Below are positions 42,784-45,104 of a stretch of DNA of 45,104 bases, piece after piece. Made by a program: the position numbers and the translations under genes. Source of the DNA: Flavobacteriaceae bacterium (lineage in GTDB: Bacteria; Bacteroidota; Bacteroidia; Flavobacteriales; Flavobacteriaceae). Position 1 is the stretch's first letter. Each line of letters starts with the position of its first letter. Location: NCBI GenBank assembly GCA_023263685.1, contig JALQVM010000002.1, positions 1 to 45,104 on the forward strand, given 5' to 3'. Under the pieces are notes generated by a model. That model ran no database searches, was not told where the DNA came from, and saw only the letters and a program-made list of their open reading frames with translations.

Positions 42784-44946
42784 CTACATTTCTCTAATGG
42801 GAACAAAGTCCAAAAAGCGTTTTATGACATTGACTTTTTTCACTTTTATTTTTATTGGATCGCCCAACAGGTAGACTTTTTTTGTTCGTTCACCTACTAA
42901 GGCGTGCCGATCCATATCAAAATAGAAATAATCTTCTTTTAGATCAACCGCCCGAATCATACCTTCACATTTATTGTCGATTAATTCTACATAAAGCCCT
43001 CTTTCGGTGACTCCAGAAATTACTCCATCAAATACTAGACCTACCTTATCTTGCATAAACACCATCTGCATGTGCTTGATAGAATCTCTTTCGGCTTTCG
43101 TTGCCAATTGTTCTCTTTGAGAGCTGTGCTTGCATGCTTCTTCTAGGGCAGTTTCAGAAGCTGCAACTCCCCGATCTAAATAAATTTGTAACAGACGGTG
43201 AACCAAAATATCAGGGTAACGACGAATGGGTGAGGTAAAATGAGTGTAGTGTGTAAATGCCAAGCCGTAATGTCCAATATTATGTGTTGTATATTCTGCC
43301 TTTGACATACACCTTAGCGTCAGGGTATCAATTAAATTTTGTTCTTTTTTTCCTTGACAGGACAGAAGTAAATTGTTGATTTCTTTATTGATTCCTTTCC
43401 CTGAGGGGTTGAATGTATACCCAAACCGGCTGACTGTCTGTTTGAGATTCAATAATTTTTGTTCGTCTGGATCATCGTGTACACGGTATACAAAAGGGAA
43501 TTTTTTTTGTTGTTTTCCGATAAGGGTGGCCACTTTTTTATTGGCCAAAAGCATGAATTCCTCAATTAATTTATGGGCGTCTTTTGAGCTTTTAAAAAAA
43601 ACAGCGTCGGGTTTGTTGTTTTGGTCTAGATTGAAATTTACTTCAACACGATCAAAAGAGATTGCGCCCTTTGTCATTCGCTCTTTTCTTAAAATTTTGG
43701 CTTGTCGATCCAATTCTTGTACTGCCTCAAACACCTCTATTGGTACACTATAGGTTTTGTTGGTCAGCGATATGCTGGCGTCAACTTCTGGAGCTTGTTG
43801 TTCTAACATGTACTGCACTTCCTCATAGGCAAAACGATAATCTGAATAAATAACGGTTCTTCCGTACCATTCATCCATTATTTTTCCTTTGGCGTCCAAC
43901 GTGAAAACGGCAGAAAAAGTAAGTTTTTCCTCTTGGGGACGCAAAGAACACAAACCATTGGAAAGTGCCTCGGGTAACATGGGAACCACACGATCAACGA
44001 GATAAACCGATGTTGCGCGATCATAGGCCTCGGTGTCTAATTCCGAATGGGGTTTTACATAATGAGAAACGTCTGCAATGTGAATCCCAACCTCTATTGT
44101 CCCTTCTCCTAGTTTTTTAAACGAAAGTGCATCGTCAAAATCTTTGGCTGTTTTTGGATCAATAGTGAAAGTGAGGGTCTCTCTAAAATCCCTTCTTTGT
44201 TCGAGTTCTTTTTTTGCAATACTGGAGGGGATTTTAGAAGCTGCTGCTTCTATTGCTTTAGGAAATTCATAAGGAAGCCCATAGTCGTGTAAAATAGCGT
44301 GAATTTCTGTCTCCGTTTCTCCTGGGTTACCTAAGCTTTTGACTATAGTTGCGTGAGGGGCGTCGTTGGGATTTTCCCACGACTTAAAAACGACCACTAC
44401 CTTTTCTCCGTCTTTGTATTCTTTTAAATCCTTTTTTTCAATAAAAAAATCAGTGTAACATCTACTGTTTCTACAATTGACAAAAGCAAAGTCTTTTTGC
44501 CTTTCCAATACCCCTACATATTCTCTTTTGGCTCGTTCTACAACTGCTTCCACCTGCGCTTGATAATGGGCGTTTTTTTTATGAATGGAAACCTCTACCA
44601 GATCCCCATCCAACGCTCTATTCAAATGTTTTTGAGGGACGATTAATTCCTCTTCATATCCGTTTATATTCACAACCCCTTTGCCGGTTGGTATGATACG
44701 TAGGTAAGCTTCTTTTGTGGGTAGTGCTTGTTTATTGTAGCGGTACTTCCCACGCTGTTCCGAACTGATAAGTTGCTTTTTATGAAGAAGGTTGAGTACC
44801 CGTATGATGGTATTTCTTCCCTTGGTATCTCGTATTTCAAGTTTAGAGGCTAACTGCTTATAGTTATAAATAGTCTTCGGTGAGTTTTTAAATATCGAGA
44901 GTACTTTTGATTCTAATCTTTTGGCTTCCTTCTTTTTATTTGACAT
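42784..44946 (-). CDS. rnr: ribonuclease R
   Basis: N-terminal winged-helix and cold-shock regions, an RNB catalytic core (DFDDALS, VGIHIADVSHYV), and a C-terminal S1 domain. Confidence 0.93.
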   Translation of the reverse strand: MSNKKKEAKRLESKVLSIFKNSPKTIYNYKQLASKLEIRDTKGRNTIIRVLNLLHKKQLISSEQRGKYRYNKQALPTKEAYLRIIPTGKGVVNINGYEEELIVPQKHLNRALDGDLVEVSIHKKNAHYQAQVEAVVERAKREYVGVLERQKDFAFVNCRNSRCYTDFFIEKKDLKEYKDGEKVVVVFKSWENPNDAPHATIVKSLGNPGETETEIHAILHDYGLPYEFPKAIEAAASKIPSSIAKKELEQRRDFRETLTFTIDPKTAKDFDDALSFKKLGEGTIEVGIHIADVSHYVKPHSELDTEAYDRATSVYLVDRVVPMLPEALSNGLCSLRPQEEKLTFSAVFTLDAKGKIMDEWYGRTVIYSDYRFAYEEVQYMLEQQAPEVDASISLTNKTYSVPIEVFEAVQELDRQAKILRKERMTKGAISFDRVEVNFNLDQNNKPDAVFFKSSKDAHKLIEEFMLLANKKVATLIGKQQKKFPFVYRVHDDPDEQKLLNLKQTVSRFGYTFNPSGKGINKEINNLLLSCQGKKEQNLIDTLTLRCMSKAEYTTHNIGHYGLAFTHYTHFTSPIRRYPDILVHRLLQIYLDRGVAASETALEEACKHSSQREQLATKAERDSIKHMQMVFMQDKVGLVFDGVISGVTERGLYVELIDNKCEGMIRAVDLKEDYFYFDMDRHALVGERTKKVYLLGDPIKIKVKKVNVIKRFLDFVPIREM

Positions 44947-44964
44947 TTAGTACGTTACTTACAA

Positions 44965-44972
44965 CAAAGGTA
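44965..44972 (-). promoter_or_regulatory. Bacteroidota -7 promoter box TACCTTTG for rnr
   Basis: Exact TAnnTTTG match, 18 nt upstream of the ATG at 44946. Confidence 0.5.
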
Positions 44973-45104
44973 CAATAATCATTTACCTCAACTATTGAAC
45001 ACTATTAACATAATTCATAAGGATCTTTTTTTAATTTTTATAAATGCTGTTGATGTATATGTTTTGTTCGTAGTCGTTATAAATTAATTCTACTTTTCTT
45101 TCGT

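Noticed and set aside
1-45104. A search for oriC or DnaA-box clusters (TTATCCACA-like), prompted by the parS sites and mnmG.
   Set aside because: I saw only isolated 1-2-mismatch hits inside coding regions (for example TCATCCACA near 34625). No AT-rich spacer of 200 bp or more with clustered boxes exists, so oriC itself is probably outside this window.
1-45104. A scan for CRISPR repeats, transposase or integrase genes, phage modules, toxin-antitoxin pairs and defence-island hallmarks.
   Set aside because: None was found. All ORFs of 200 aa or more are accounted for by housekeeping or envelope functions, and composition looks uniform by eye.

Overview
This is a 45.1-kb, very gene-dense segment of core chromosome; by my hand tally of spacers it is about 96% coding. 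It comes from a Bacteroidota genome that looks like Flavobacteriia. Three things support that assignment: no Shine-Dalgarno sequences, exact TAnnTTTG -7 promoter boxes in front of many genes, and lineage-typical genes (a PorW/SprE-like TPR lipoprotein, a bacterial GH3 protein, and a bactofilin plus AtpZ-like gene ahead of atpBEFHAG). I call about 41 protein genes and one tRNA-Cys(GCA). Most are housekeeping: recA, trpS, dprA, dut, F1Fo atpBEFHAG, purD, pgk, holB-like, mnmG, ybeY, gltX, glnS, folB and rnr. I saw no rRNA, CRISPR array, transposase or integrase, prophage, or recognisable defence genes. I cannot honestly claim a convincing new multi-gene system here. The strongest hidden signal is a pair of exact matches to the chromosomal parS (ParB-binding centromere) consensus that bracket mnmG, one of them inside the ybeY coding sequence. 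This suggests an origin-proximal location. Other points are: (i) all nine convergent junctions have overlapping stop codons or a gap of 2 nt or less; (ii) -7 boxes often lie only 4-19 nt from start codons, implying very short leaders; (iii) two frame or start anomalies, namely ybeY lacking a canonical start for its conserved N-terminus and a split lipoprotein gene at the left edge; (iv) a translationally coupled envelope operon (M23 peptidase, GH3 amido-synthetase-like, GT4, pyruvyl transferase) of unknown product; and (v) several uncharacterised lipoproteins and membrane proteins. Family names come from motif recognition by eye, and DUF-type labels are from memory and unverified.
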